64,000 nucleotides of DNA from assembly GCF_044324875.1 (NCBI RefSeq), contig NZ_CP172185.1; one strand, given 5' to 3'. A program made the position numbers and the translations under genes. Origin of the DNA: Escherichia coli. GTDB taxonomy: Bacteria > Pseudomonadota > Gammaproteobacteria > Enterobacterales > Enterobacteriaceae. Below the pieces are notes generated by a model that was not told where the DNA came from, made no database searches, and saw only the letters and a list, made by a program, of their open reading frames with translations. This document shows, piece after piece, positions 33,894 through 48,966 of the stretch (position 1 is the first letter of the stretch; the number at the start of each line of letters is the position of its first letter).

Positions 33894-34889
33894 ATGAAAA
33901 AGAAAAGACCCGTACTTCAGGATGTGGCTGACCGTGTAGGCGTGACCAAAATGACGGTCAGCCGTTTTTTACGCAACCCGGAGCAGGTTTCCGTCGCTCT
34001 ACGCGGCAAGATTGCCGCCGCTCTTGATGAACTGGGTTATATTCCCAATCGCGCGCCCGATATCCTCTCTAATGCCACCAGCCGGGCGATTGGCGTCCTG
34101 TTACCTTCTCTCACCAACCAGGTTTTCGCGGAAGTATTACGCGGAATCGAAAGCGTCACCGACGCGCACGGTTATCAAACTATGCTGGCGCACTACGGTT
34201 ATAAACCGGAAATGGAGCAAGAACGCCTCGAATCAATGCTCTCATGGAATATCGATGGACTGATCCTCACCGAACGTACCCACACGCCACGCACCTTAAA
34301 GATGATTGAAGTGGCGGGGATTCCGGTGGTGGAGTTGATGGACAGCAAGTCGCCGTGCCTCGATATTGCCGTCGGTTTTGATAACTTTGAAGCGGCACGC
34401 CAGATGACCACCGCCATTATTGCTCGCGGGCATCGCCACATTGCCTATCTCGGCGCACGTCTCGACGAACGTACTATCATCAAACAGAAGGGATACGAAC
34501 AGGCGATGCTGGATGCAGGCCTGGTGCCGTATAGCGTGATGGTTGAGCAATCTTCTTCTTACTCTTCCGGTATTGAACTGATTCGCCAGGCGAGGCGGGA
34601 ATATCCGCAGCTGGATGGCGTGTTCTGTACTAATGATGACCTGGCGGTCGGCGCGGCGTTTGAATGCCAGCGTCTGGGGTTGAAAGTTCCTGACGATATG
34701 GCGATTGCCGGTTTCCACGGTCATGATATTGGTCAGGTGATGGAGCCACGACTGGCGAGCGTGCTGACGCCGCGTGAGCGGATGGGCAGTATTGGCGCTG
34801 AACGCCTGCTGGCGCGTATTCGTGGCGAATCTGTGACACCGAAAATGTTAGATTTAGGTTTCACCTTGTCACCGGGCGGATCTATTTAA
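33894..34889 (+). CDS. gntR: LacI-family gluconate repressor GntR
   Basis: 331 aa, N-terminal HTH (VTKMTVSRFLRNP) and periplasmic-binding-like domain. Confidence 0.9.
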   Translation: MKKKRPVLQDVADRVGVTKMTVSRFLRNPEQVSVALRGKIAAALDELGYIPNRAPDILSNATSRAIGVLLPSLTNQVFAEVLRGIESVTDAHGYQTMLAHYGYKPEMEQERLESMLSWNIDGLILTERTHTPRTLKMIEVAGIPVVELMDSKSPCLDIAVGFDNFEAARQMTTAIIARGHRHIAYLGARLDERTIIKQKGYEQAMLDAGLVPYSVMVEQSSSYSSGIELIRQARREYPQLDGVFCTNDDLAVGAAFECQRLGLKVPDDMAIAGFHGHDIGQVMEPRLASVLTPRERMGSIGAERLLARIRGESVTPKMLDLGFTLSPGGSI

Positions 34890-34968
34890 GCCCACAAATT
34901 TGAAGTAGCTCACACTTATACACTTAAGGCACGGATGGATATTGCTTCTGATATTGTCCGGCCGGACA

Positions 34969-34997
34969 ATGTTACCGATAACAGTTACCCGTAACAT
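34969..34997 (+). promoter_or_regulatory. GntR operator-like palindrome upstream of gntK
   Basis: ATGTTACCGATAACAGTTACCCGTAACAT containing ATGTTAC...GTAACAT inverted repeat. Confidence 0.55.
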
Positions 34998-35027
34998 TTT
35001 TATTTCTTGTATTGTGGGGGCACCACT

Positions 35028-35555
35028 TTGAGCACGACTAACCATGATCACCACATTTACGTCTTGATGGGCGTATCGGGCAGCGGCAAATCTGCGGTCG
35101 CCAGTGAAGTGGCGCATCAACTTCATGCCGCGTTTCTTGATGGCGATTTCCTCCATCCGCGCTGCAATATCGAAAAAATGGCGTCTGGCGAACCGCTGAA
35201 TGACGACGATCGCAAACCGTGGTTGCAGGCGCTGAACGACGCCGCGTTTGCTATGCAGCGCACTAATAAAGTGTCGCTGATTGTCTGTTCTGCACTGAAA
35301 AAACACTATCGCGACCTGCTACGCGCGGGTAATCCGAATCTCTCTTTCATCTACCTGAAAGGCGATTTTGATGTGATTGAAAGCCGCCTGAAAGCGCGCA
35401 AAGGCCATTTCTTTAAAACCCAAATGTTGGTGACGCAGTTTGAAACGCTGCAGGAGCCGGGTGCGGACGAAACCGATGTACTGGTGGTAGATATCGATCA
35501 ACCGCTGGAAGGTGTTGTGGCAAGCACCATTGAGGTTATTAAAAAAGGCAAATAA
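35028..35555 (+). CDS. gntK: thermoresistant gluconokinase GntK
   Basis: Walker A GVSGSGKS; likely TTG start giving MSTTNHDHH; ORF opens at 35007. Confidence 0.85.
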   Translation: MSTTNHDHHIYVLMGVSGSGKSAVASEVAHQLHAAFLDGDFLHPRCNIEKMASGEPLNDDDRKPWLQALNDAAFAMQRTNKVSLIVCSALKKHYRDLLRAGNPNLSFIYLKGDFDVIESRLKARKGHFFKTQMLVTQFETLQEPGADETDVLVVDIDQPLEGVVASTIEVIKKGK

Positions 35556-35558
35556 GTA

Positions 35559-36899
35559 GTGACTACATTAACGCTTGTTTTAACAGCAGTAGGGTCTGTT
35601 TTACTGCTGCTGTTTTTAGTCATGAAGGCGCGTATGCACGCTTTCCTGGCTTTGATGGTGGTGTCCATGGGGGCTGGCCTTTTTTCCGGTATGCCGCTCG
35701 ATAAAATCGCAGCGACGATGGAAAAAGGGATGGGAGGCACCCTCGGCTTCCTGGCGGTGGTTGTCGCCCTGGGAGCTATGTTTGGCAAGATCTTACATGA
35801 AACTGGCGCAGTCGATCAGATTGCCGTCAAAATGCTCAAATCCTTCGGTCACAGCCGAGCACATTATGCCATCGGCCTTGCGGGGCTGGTTTGTGCGCTA
35901 CCGCTGTTCTTTGAAGTGGCGATTGTTCTGCTGATTAGCGTTGCTTTCTCAATGGCGCGCCACACCGGTACGAACCTGGTGAAACTGGTAATCCCATTAT
36001 TCGCAGGCGTGGCGGCCGCGGCTGCGTTCCTGGTACCGGGGCCAGCGCCAATGCTGCTGGCATCGCAGATGAACGCCGACTTTGGCTGGATGATCCTGAT
36101 TGGCCTGTGTGCGGCAATTCCGGGAATGATTATTGCCGGGCCGCTGTGGGGTAATTTCATCAGCCGCTACGTGGAGTTGCATATTCCTGACGACATCAGC
36201 GAACCGCATCTCGGCGAAGGCAAAATGCCATCTTTCGGATTCAGCCTGTCGCTGATCCTGTTGCCGCTGGTGCTGGTAGGGCTGAAAACCATTGCCGCGC
36301 GTTTTGTGCCAGAAGGCTCTACCGCTTACGAATGGTTCGAGTTTATTGGTCATCCGTTTACCGCGATTCTGGTTGCTTGTCTGGTAGCGATTTATGGCCT
36401 GGCAATGCGTCAGGGCATGCCAAAAGACAAAGTGATGGAGATTTGCGGTCACGCGCTGCAACCGGCGGGGATCATTCTGCTGGTGATTGGTGCAGGCGGC
36501 GTGTTCAAACAGGTGCTGGTTGACTCTGGCGTAGGTCCGGCACTGGGCGAAGCGTTAACCGGCATGGGCCTGCCGATTGCCATCACCTGCTTTGTGCTGG
36601 CTGCGGCGGTGCGTATCATTCAGGGTTCTGCCACCGTTGCCTGTTTAACGGCGGTGGGACTGGTGATGCCGGTTATTGAACAACTGAACTACTCCGGTGC
36701 GCAAATGGCGGCGCTGTCGATTTGTATCGCCGGTGGTTCGATTGTTGTCAGCCACGTTAACGACGCCGGTTTCTGGTTGTTCGGTAAATTTACCGGCGCG
36801 ACCGAAGCCGAAACGCTGAAAACCTGGACCATGATGGAAACCATCCTCGGCACTGTTGGTGCCATCGTTGGGATGATTGCTTTCCAGCTGTTGAGTTAA
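35559..36899 (+). CDS. gntU: low-affinity gluconate transporter GntU (GntP family)
   Basis: 446-aa membrane protein directly downstream of gntK. Confidence 0.9.
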   Translation: MTTLTLVLTAVGSVLLLLFLVMKARMHAFLALMVVSMGAGLFSGMPLDKIAATMEKGMGGTLGFLAVVVALGAMFGKILHETGAVDQIAVKMLKSFGHSRAHYAIGLAGLVCALPLFFEVAIVLLISVAFSMARHTGTNLVKLVIPLFAGVAAAAAFLVPGPAPMLLASQMNADFGWMILIGLCAAIPGMIIAGPLWGNFISRYVELHIPDDISEPHLGEGKMPSFGFSLSLILLPLVLVGLKTIAARFVPEGSTAYEWFEFIGHPFTAILVACLVAIYGLAMRQGMPKDKVMEICGHALQPAGIILLVIGAGGVFKQVLVDSGVGPALGEALTGMGLPIAITCFVLAAAVRIIQGSATVACLTAVGLVMPVIEQLNYSGAQMAALSICIAGGSIVVSHVNDAGFWLFGKFTGATEAETLKTWTMMETILGTVGAIVGMIAFQLLS

Positions 36900-36955
36900 G
36901 TTTGTTCGCCCGGTAGTTGTGACGCTACCGGGCTCTTTTCGAAAAACTCTCCTCG

Positions 36956-37549
36956 TTACCCCTTCATCCACATTCGAATGCCGTCGAGGAACATCTGAGT
37001 TGCCATCATCACCAGAATCAATCCCATCAGGCGTTCAAGTGCGTTCACCCCTTTCTCGCCCAGCAGACGTAAAAATAGCGAAGACTGTAGCAGGATGACA
37101 AAGGTGCCGCCCCAGGCCAGTAGCAGAGCAATTACCAGATGTCCCATCTGATTCGGGTACTGATGAGACAACAACATCAGCGTGGCGAGAATAGTCGGCC
37201 CGGCGACTAACGGAATTGCCAACGGCACGATAAACGGCTCTTCACCTGCCGGAAGCCCGCTGCTATTTCCTGAAGCACTGGGGAAAATCATCTTAATGGC
37301 GATCAGAAACAGAATGATGCCGCCAGAAATGGAGACGGTTTCTGCCCGCAGGCTAAGAAATGCCAGAATTTTCTCACCCGCAAACAGGAACACCAGCATC
37401 ACCAGGAGAGCAATAAGCAACTCTCGCACCATGATTGCCCGCCGTCTTTTCGGTTCAGTATGTTTCAGTACGGACATGAAAATAGGTAGGTTTCCGAGCG
37501 GATCCATAATCAGGATCAATAAAACTGCTGCAGAAATGATTTCATTCAT
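36956..37549 (-). CDS. yhgN: MarC-family membrane protein YhgN
   Basis: 197-aa hydrophobic ORF. Confidence 0.8.
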   Translation of the reverse strand: MNEIISAAVLLILIMDPLGNLPIFMSVLKHTEPKRRRAIMVRELLIALLVMLVFLFAGEKILAFLSLRAETVSISGGIILFLIAIKMIFPSASGNSSGLPAGEEPFIVPLAIPLVAGPTILATLMLLSHQYPNQMGHLVIALLLAWGGTFVILLQSSLFLRLLGEKGVNALERLMGLILVMMATQMFLDGIRMWMKG

Positions 37550-37740
37550 AACTCAAATTCCCTGATAATTGCCGCGGACTTTCTGCGTGCTAACAAAGCA
37601 GGATAAGTCGCATTACTGATGGCTTCGCTATCATTGATTAATTTCACTTGCGACTTTGGCTGCTTTTTGTATGGTGAAAGATGTGCCAAGAGGAGACCGG
37701 CACATTTATACAGCACACATCTTTGCAGGAAAAAACGCTT

Positions 37741-38844
37741 ATGAAAAATGTTGGTTTTATCGGCTGGCGCGGTATGGTCGGCTCCGTTCTCATGCAACGC
37801 ATGGTTGAAGAGCGCGACTTCGACGCCATTCGCCCTGTCTTCTTTTCTACTTCTCAGCTTGGTCAGGCTGCGCCGTCTTTTGGCGGAACCACTGGCACAC
37901 TTCAGGATGCCTTTGATCTGGAGGCGCTAAAGGCCCTCGATATCATTGTGACCTGTCAGGGCGGCGATTATACCAACGAAATCTATCCAAAGCTTCGTGA
38001 AAGCGGATGGCAAGGTTACTGGATTGACGCAGCATCGTCTCTGCGCATGAAAGATGACGCCATCATCATTCTTGACCCCGTCAATCAGGACGTCATTACC
38101 GACGGATTAAATAATGGCATCAGGACTTTTGTTGGCGGTAACTGTACCGTAAGCCTGATGTTGATGTCGTTGGGTGGTTTATTCGCCAATGATCTTGTTG
38201 ATTGGGTGTCCGTTGCCACCTACCAGGCCGCTTCCGGCGGTGGTGCGCGACATATGCGTGAGTTATTAACCCAGATGGGCCATCTGTATGGCCATGTGGC
38301 AGATGAACTCGCGACCCCGTCCTCTGCTATTCTCGATATCGAACGCAAAGTCACAACTTTAACCCGTAGCGGTGAGCTGCCGGTGGATAACTTTGGCGTG
38401 CCGCTGGCGGGTAGCCTGATTCCGTGGATCGACAAACAGCTCGATAACGGTCAGAGCCGCGAAGAATGGAAAGGGCAGGCGGAAACCAACAAGATCCTCA
38501 ACACATCTTCCGTAATTCCGGTAGATGGTTTATGTGTGCGTGTCGGGGCATTGCGCTGCCACAGCCAGGCATTCACTATTAAATTGAAAAAAGATGTGTC
38601 TATTCCGACCGTGGAAGAACTGCTGGCTGCGCACAATCCGTGGGCGAAAGTCGTTCCGAACGATCGGGAAATCACTATGCGTGAGCTAACCCCAGCTGCC
38701 GTTACCGGCACGCTGACCACGCCGGTAGGCCGCCTGCGTAAGCTGAATATGGGACCAGAGTTCCTGTCAGCCTTTACCGTGGGCGACCAGCTGCTGTGGG
38801 GGGCCGCGGAGCCGCTGCGTCGGATGCTTCGTCAACTGGCGTAA
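37741..38844 (+). CDS. asd: aspartate-semialdehyde dehydrogenase
   Basis: Start at [15 protein letters not shown]; active-site Cys region (GGNCTVS). Confidence 0.9.
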
Positions 38845-39115
38845 TCTTTATTCATTAAATCTGGGGCGCGATGCCGCCCTGTTAGTGCGTAATACAGGAG
38901 TAAGCGCAGATGTTTCATGATTTACCGGGAGTTAAATAGAGCATTGGCTATTCTTTAAGGGTGGCGGAATACATGAGTATTCACAGCCTTACCTGAAGTG
39001 AGGACGACGCAGAGAGGATGCACAGAGTGCTGCGCCGTTCAGGTCAAAAAAATGTCACAACCAGAAGTCAAAAATCCAGTTGGATGGGGTGACACAATAA
39101 AACAGGAAGACAAGC

Positions 39116-41302
39116 ATGTCCGATCGTATCGATAGAGACGTGATTAACGCGCTAATTGCAGGCCATTTTGCGGATCCTTTTTCCGTACTGGGGATGCATA
39201 AAACCACCGCGGGACTGGAAGTCCGTGCCCTTTTACCCGACGCTACCGATGTGTGGGTGATTGAACCGAAAACCGGGCGCAAACTCGCAAAACTGGAGTG
39301 TCTCGACTCCCGTGGATTCTTTAGCGGTGTCATTCCGCGACGTAAGAATTTTTTCCGCTATCAGTTGGCTGTTGTCTGGCATGGTCAGCAAAACCTGATA
39401 GATGATCCTTACCGTTTTGGTCCGCTAATCCAGGAAATGGATGCCTGGCTATTATCTGAAGGTACTCACCTGCGCCCGTATGAAACCTTAGGCGCGCATG
39501 CAGATACTATGGATGGCGTCACAGGTACGCGTTTTTCTGTCTGGGCTCCAAACGCCCGTCGGGTCTCGGTGGTTGGGCAATTCAACTACTGGGACGGTCG
39601 CCGTCATCCGATGCGCCTGCGTAAAGAGAGCGGCATCTGGGAACTGTTTATCCCTGGGGCGCATAACGGTCAGCTCTATAAATACGAGATGATTGATGCC
39701 AATGGCAACTTGCGTCTGAAGTCCGACCCTTATGCCTTCGAAGCGCAAATGCGCCCGGAAACCGCGTCTCTTATTTGCGGGCTACCGGAAAAGGTTGTGC
39801 AGACTGAAGAGCGCAAAAAAGCGAATCAGTTTGATGCGCCAATCTCTATTTATGAAGTTCACCTGGGCTCCTGGCGTCGCCACACCGACAACAATTTCTG
39901 GTTAAGCTACCGCGAGCTGGCCGATCAACTGGTGCCTTATGCTAAATGGATGGGCTTTACCCACCTCGAACTGCTGCCCATTAACGAGCATCCGTTCGAT
40001 GGCAGTTGGGGTTATCAGCCAACCGGCCTGTATGCACCGACCCGCCGTTTTGGTACCCGCGACGACTTCCGTTATTTCATTGATGCCGCACACGCAGCTG
40101 GTCTGAACGTGATTCTCGACTGGGTGCCAGGCCACTTCCCGACCGATGACTTTGCGCTTGCCGAATTTGATGGCACGAACTTGTATGAACACAGCGATCC
40201 GCGCGAAGGCTATCATCAGGACTGGAATACGCTGATCTACAACTATGGTCGCCGTGAAGTCAGTAACTTCCTTGTCGGTAACGCGCTTTACTGGATCGAA
40301 CGTTTTGGTATTGATGCGCTGCGCGTCGATGCGGTGGCGTCAATGATTTATCGCGACTACAGCCGTAAAGAGGGGGAGTGGATCCCGAACGAATTTGGCG
40401 GGCGCGAGAATCTTGAAGCGATTGAATTCTTGCGTAATACCAACCGTATTCTTGGTGAGCAGGTTTCCGGTGCGGTGACAATGGCGGAGGAGTCTACCGA
40501 TTTCCCTGGCGTTTCTCGTCCGCAGGACATGGGCGGTCTGGGCTTCTGGTACAAGTGGAACCTAGGCTGGATGCATGACACCCTGGACTACATGAAGCTC
40601 GACCCGGTTTATCGTCAGTATCATCACGATAAACTGACCTTCGGGATGCTCTACAACTACACTGAAAACTTCGTCCTGCCGTTGTCGCATGATGAAGTGG
40701 TCCACGGTAAAAAATCGATTCTCGACCGGATGCCGGGCGACGCATGGCAGAAATTCGCTAACCTGCGCGCCTACTACGGCTGGATGTGGGCATTCCCGGG
40801 CAAGAAACTGCTGTTCATGGGGAACGAATTTGCCCAGGGCCGCGAGTGGAACCATGACGCCAGCCTCGACTGGCATCTGTTGGAAGGCGGCGATAACTGG
40901 CACCACGGTGTCCAGCGTCTGGTGCGCGATCTGAACCTCACCTACCGCCACCATAAAGCGATGCATGAACTGGATTTTGACCCGTACGGTTTTGAATGGC
41001 TGGTAGTGGATGACAAAGAACGCTCGGTGCTGATCTTTGTGCGTCGCGATAAAGAGGGTAACGAAATCATCGTTGCCAGTAACTTTACTCCGGTGCCGCG
41101 TCATGATTATCGCTTCGGCATTAACCAGCCGGGCAAATGGCGTGAAATCCTCAATACCGATTCCATGCACTATCACGGCAGTAATGCCGGCAATGGCGGC
41201 ACGGTACACAGCGATGAGATTGCCAGCCACGGTCGTCAGCATTCATTAAGCCTGACACTACCACCGCTGGCCACTATCTGGCTGGTTCGGGAGGCAGAAT
41301 GA
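39116..41302 (+). CDS. glgB: 1,4-alpha-glucan branching enzyme GlgB
   Basis: 728 aa GH13 protein, first gene of glg operon. Confidence 0.95.
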   Translation: MSDRIDRDVINALIAGHFADPFSVLGMHKTTAGLEVRALLPDATDVWVIEPKTGRKLAKLECLDSRGFFSGVIPRRKNFFRYQLAVVWHGQQNLIDDPYRFGPLIQEMDAWLLSEGTHLRPYETLGAHADTMDGVTGTRFSVWAPNARRVSVVGQFNYWDGRRHPMRLRKESGIWELFIPGAHNGQLYKYEMIDANGNLRLKSDPYAFEAQMRPETASLICGLPEKVVQTEERKKANQFDAPISIYEVHLGSWRRHTDNNFWLSYRELADQLVPYAKWMGFTHLELLPINEHPFDGSWGYQPTGLYAPTRRFGTRDDFRYFIDAAHAAGLNVILDWVPGHFPTDDFALAEFDGTNLYEHSDPREGYHQDWNTLIYNYGRREVSNFLVGNALYWIERFGIDALRVDAVASMIYRDYSRKEGEWIPNEFGGRENLEAIEFLRNTNRILGEQVSGAVTMAEESTDFPGVSRPQDMGGLGFWYKWNLGWMHDTLDYMKLDPVYRQYHHDKLTFGMLYNYTENFVLPLSHDEVVHGKKSILDRMPGDAWQKFANLRAYYGWMWAFPGKKLLFMGNEFAQGREWNHDASLDWHLLEGGDNWHHGVQRLVRDLNLTYRHHKAMHELDFDPYGFEWLVVDDKERSVLIFVRRDKEGNEIIVASNFTPVPRHDYRFGINQPGKWREILNTDSMHYHGSNAGNGGTVHSDEIASHGRQHSLSLTLPPLATIWLVREAE

Positions 41303-43272
41303 CACAACTCGCCATTGGCAAACCCGCACCCCTCGGCGCGCATTACGACGGTCAGGGCGTCAACTTCACACTTTTCTCCGCTCATGCCGAGCGGGTAGAA
41401 CTGTGTATCTTTGACGCCAATGGCCAGGAACATCGCTATGACTTGCCAGGGCACAGTGGCGACATTTGGCACGGTTATCTGCCGGATGCGCGTCCGGGTT
41501 TGCGTTATGGTTATCGCGTTCATGGCCCCTGGCAACCCGCCGAGGGGCATCGCTTTAACCCGGCGAAGTTGTTGATTGATCCTTGCGCGCGGCAAATTGA
41601 CGGGGAATTTAAAGATAACCCGCTGCTGCACGCCGGTCATAATGAACCTGACTATCGCGACAACGCCGCCATTGCGCCGAAATGCGTAGTGGTGGTTGAT
41701 CACTATGACTGGGAAGATGATGCCCCGCCGCGCACGCCGTGGGGCAGCACCATCATTTATGAAGCCCATGTCAAAGGATTAACGTACCTGCATCCGGAGA
41801 TCCCGGTCGAGATCCGTGGCACTTATAAAGCCCTGGGGCATCCGGTGATGATCAACTATTTGAAACAGTTGGGCATTACCGCGCTGGAACTGCTGCCGGT
41901 GGCGCAGTTTGCCAGCGAACCACGCCTGCAACGTATGGGTCTAAGTAACTACTGGGGTTATAACCCGGTGGCGATGTTTGCGCTGCATCCGGCGTATGCC
42001 TGCTCCCCAGAAACGGCGCTGGATGAGTTTCGCGATGCAATCAAAGCACTGCATAAAGCGGGTATCGAAGTCATTCTTGATATCGTGCTCAACCATAGTG
42101 CGGAACTGGACCTCGACGGCCCGTTATTCTCTCTGCGTGGGATCGACAACCGTAGCTATTATTGGATAAGAGAAGACGGCGATTATCACAACTGGACCGG
42201 TTGTGGCAACACGCTCAATTTGAGTCATCCGGCGGTAGTGGATTATGCCAGCGCTTGCCTGCGTTATTGGGTAGAAACCTGCCACGTCGATGGTTTCCGC
42301 TTTGATCTGGCGGCAGTCATGGGCCGTACGCCAGAGTTCCGTCAGGATGCGCCGTTGTTTACCGCTATCCAGAACTGCCCGGTGCTCTCGCAGGTGAAGT
42401 TAATTGCTGAACCGTGGGATATTGCTCCTGGTGGTTATCAGGTGGGAAATTTCCCGCCGCTGTTTGCCGAGTGGAACGATCATTTCCGCGATGCTGCCCG
42501 TCGTTTCTGGCTTCATTATGATTTGCCTCTGGGGGCGTTTGCCGGGCGTTTTGCTGCCTCCAGCGATGTTTTTAAACGTAATGGTCGTCTGCCGAGTGCC
42601 GCGATTAATCTCGTCACCGCGCATGACGGTTTTACGCTTCGCGACTGCGTTTGCTTCAACCATAAACATAATGAAGCAAACGGAGAAGAAAATCGCGACG
42701 GGACCAACAACAATTACAGTAACAATCATGGTAAAGAAGGGTTAGGCGGTACTCTTGACCTGGTTGAACGGCGTCGCGACAGCATTCACGCCCTGTTAAC
42801 AACGTTGTTGCTCTCCCAGGGTACGCCGATGTTACTGGCCGGTGACGAACATGGTCACAGCCAGCATGGCAATAACAATGCCTACTGTCAGGATAACCAA
42901 TTAACCTGGTTGGACTGGTCGCAGGCAAGCAGTGGTTTAACCGCATTTACCGCCGCGTTAATCCATCTGCGCAAGCGCATTCCCGCTTTGGTGGAGAATC
43001 GCTGGTGGGAAGAAGGCGACGGCAATGTCCGTTGGCTAAATCGATATGCTCAACCTTTAAGCACGGATGAGTGGCAAAACGGGCCGAAACAGCTGCAAAT
43101 TCTGCTCTCGGATCGCTTTTTGATCGCAATTAACGCCACGCTTGAGGTAACAGAGATTGTTTTACCTGCTGGGGAGTGGCACGCCATTCCCCCATTCGCT
43201 GGAGAGGATAACCCAGTGATTACGGCTGTCTGGCAGGGACCTGCACACGGATTGTGTGTGTTCCAGAGATGA
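41299..43272 (+). CDS. glgX: glycogen debranching enzyme GlgX
   Basis: 657 aa GH13; start overlaps glgB stop. Confidence 0.95.
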
Positions 43273-43289
43273 TAAAAAAGGAGTTAGTC

Positions 43290-44585
43290 ATGGTTAGTTT
43301 AGAGAAGAACGATCACTTAATGTTGGCGCGCCAGCTGCCATTGAAATCTGTTGCCCTGATACTGGCGGGAGGACGTGGTACCCGCCTGAAGGATTTAACC
43401 AATAAGCGAGCAAAACCGGCCGTACACTTCGGCGGTAAGTTCCGCATTATCGACTTTGCGCTGTCTAACTGCATCAACTCCGGGATCCGTCGTATGGGCG
43501 TAATCACCCAGTACCAGTCCCACACTCTGGTGCAGCACATTCAGCGCGGCTGGTCATTCTTCAATGAAGAAATGAACGAGTTTGTCGATCTGCTGCCAGC
43601 ACAGCAGAGAATGAAAGGGGAAAACTGGTATCGCGGCACCGCAGATGCAGTTACCCAAAACCTCGACATTATCCGCCGTTATAAAGCGGAATACGTGGTG
43701 ATCCTGGCGGGCGACCATATCTACAAGCAAGACTACTCGCGTATGCTTATTGACCACGTCGAAAAAGGCGCACGTTGCACCGTTGCTTGTATGCCAGTAC
43801 CGATTGAAGAAGCCTCCGCATTTGGCGTTATGGCGGTTGATGAGAACGATAAAATTATCGAATTCGTTGAAAAACCTGCTAACCCACCGTCAATGCCGAA
43901 CGATCCGAGCAAATCTCTGGCGAGTATGGGTATCTACGTCTTTGACGCCGACTATCTGTATGAACTGCTGGAAGAAGACGATCGCGATGAGAACTCCAGC
44001 CACGACTTTGGCAAAGATTTGATTCCCAAGATCACCGAAGCCGGTCTGGCCTATGCACACCCATTCCCGCTCTCTTGCGTACAATCCGACCCGGATGCCG
44101 AGCCGTACTGGCGCGATGTGGGTACGCTGGAAGCTTACTGGAAAGCGAACCTCGATCTGGCCTCTGTGGTGCCGGAACTGGATATGTACGATCGCAATTG
44201 GCCAATTCGCACCTACAATGAATCATTACCGCCAGCGAAATTCGTGCAGGATCGCTCCGGTAGCCACGGGATGACCCTTAACTCACTGGTATCCGGCGGT
44301 TGTGTGATCTCCGGTTCGGTGGTGGTGCAGTCCGTTCTGTTCTCGCGCGTTCGCGTGAATTCATTCTGCAACATTGATTCCGCCGTATTGTTACCGGAAG
44401 TATGGGTAGGTCGCTCGTGCCGTCTGCGCCGCTGCGTCATCGATCGTGCTTGTGTTATTCCGGAAGGCATGGTGATTGGTGAAAACGCAGAGGAAGATGC
44501 ACGTCGTTTCTATCGTTCAGAAGAAGGCATCGTGCTGGTAACGCGCGAAATGCTACGGAAGTTAGGGCATAAACAGGAGCGATAA
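43290..44585 (+). CDS. glgC: glucose-1-phosphate adenylyltransferase GlgC
   Basis: Start at [17 protein letters not shown]; motif LAGGRGTRL. Confidence 0.95.
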
Positions 44586-46018
44586 TGCAGGTTTTACATG
44601 TATGTTCAGAGATGTTCCCGCTGCTTAAAACCGGCGGTCTGGCTGATGTTATTGGGGCATTACCCGCAGCACAAATCGCAGATGGCGTTGACGCTCGCGT
44701 ACTGTTGCCTGCATTTCCCGATATTCGCCGTGGCGTGACCGATGCGCAGGTAGTATCCCGACGTGATACCTTCGCCGGACATATCACGCTGTTGTTCGGT
44801 CATTACAACGGGGTTGGCATTTACCTGATTGACGCGCCGCATCTCTATGATCGTCCGGGAAGCCCGTATCACGATACCAACTTATTTGCCTATACCGACA
44901 ACGTATTGCGTTTTGCGCTGCTGGGGTGGGTTGGGGCAGAAATGGCCAGCGGGCTTGACCCATTCTGGCGTCCTGATGTGGTGCATGCGCACGACTGGCA
45001 TGCAGGCCTTGCGCCTGCGTATCTGGCGGCGCGCGGGCGTCCGGCGAAGTCGGTGTTTACTGTGCACAACCTGGCCTATCAAGGCATGTTTTATGCACAT
45101 CACATGAATGACATCCAATTGCCATGGTCATTCTTTAATATTCATGGGCTGGAATTCAACGGACAAATCTCTTTTCTGAAGGCCGGTCTGTACTATGCCG
45201 ATCACATTACGGCAGTCAGTCCAACCTACGCTCGCGAGATCACCGAACCGCAGTTTGCCTACGGTATGGAAGGTCTGTTGCAACAGCGTCACCGTGAAGG
45301 GCGTCTTTCCGGCGTACTGAACGGCGTGGACGAGAAAATCTGGAGTCCAGAGACGGACTTACTGTTGGCCTCGCGTTACACCCGCGATACGTTGGAAGAT
45401 AAAGCGGAAAATAAGCGCCAGTTACAAATCGCAATGGGGCTTAAGGTTGACGATAAAGTGCCGCTTTTTGCAGTGGTGAGCCGTCTGACCAGCCAGAAAG
45501 GTCTCGACCTGGTGCTGGAGGCCTTACCGGGTCTTCTGGAGCAGGGCGGGCAACTGGCGCTACTCGGCGCGGGCGATCCTGTGCTGCAGGAAGGTTTCCT
45601 TGCGGCGGCAGCGGAATACCCCGGCCAGGTGGGCGTTCAGATTGGCTATCACGAAGCATTTTCGCATCGCATTATGGGCGGCGCGGACGTCATTCTGGTG
45701 CCCAGCCGTTTTGAACCGTGCGGCTTAACGCAACTTTATGGATTGAAGTACGGTACGCTGCCGTTAGTGCGGCGCACCGGTGGGCTTGCTGATACGGTTT
45801 CTGATTGTTCTCTTGAGAACCTTGCAGATGGCGTCGCCAGTGGGTTTGTCTTTGAAGATAGTAATGCCTGGTCGCTGTTACGGGCTATTCGACGTGCTTT
45901 TGTACTGTGGTCCCGTCCTTCACTGTGGCGGTTTGTGCAACGTCAGGCTATGGCAATGGATTTTAGCTGGCAGGTCGCGGCGAAGTCGTACCGTGAGCTT
46001 TACTATCGCTTGAAATAG
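44585..46018 (+). CDS. glgA: glycogen synthase GlgA
   Basis: 477 aa; N-terminal KTGGLADV motif. Confidence 0.95.
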
Positions 46019-48484
<2,466 letters not shown>

Positions 48485-48966
48485 GTTCGCAAAGTGGTAA
48501 CTGCCGTGTGTTCTCTTAAAGCTATCGTTAATGGGCACACGGCATTTTTATATCAGATAAACGATATGTCATGACAATTTACAGACAGTATCGATATATA
48601 ATTCATATTTATTAATTTTTAATAATGATTCTCATCTGAGTATGTATCATACAATAAGCATTATAAATAACTAATAAATTATTTATTATATTTATATATT
48701 GCCCCACTCTTCAGTTATCCTGTCTAAAATAAATCTCTTTGTTTTCAAATGACTGTATTTTTATATAAAGTCAATCATTGCGAGCATGGATTCTTTTAGT
48801 TATATTACCAAGCAGCTCATATAATATTTTCAAGCCATTCTATCTCTTATTTTTTCTGTGGTTAACTACACCAGCTTTATTCATTTAAATAATTTGACTT
48901 ATTAAAGCTGAATGTAAAAATAATCGCCAATATTGCTTGGATTTTTTAACAAAAGGAAAGGTATAA

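Noticed and set aside
42400-42946. ORFs of 96-113 codons on both strands within glgX
   Set aside because: Embedded in a confidently called glycoside hydrolase gene; shadow ORFs.
48485-48966. Possible invertible phase-variation switch upstream of the fimbrial operon
   Set aside because: No flanking inverted repeats of adequate length and no site-specific recombinase gene nearby; retained only as a general regulatory-leader observation.
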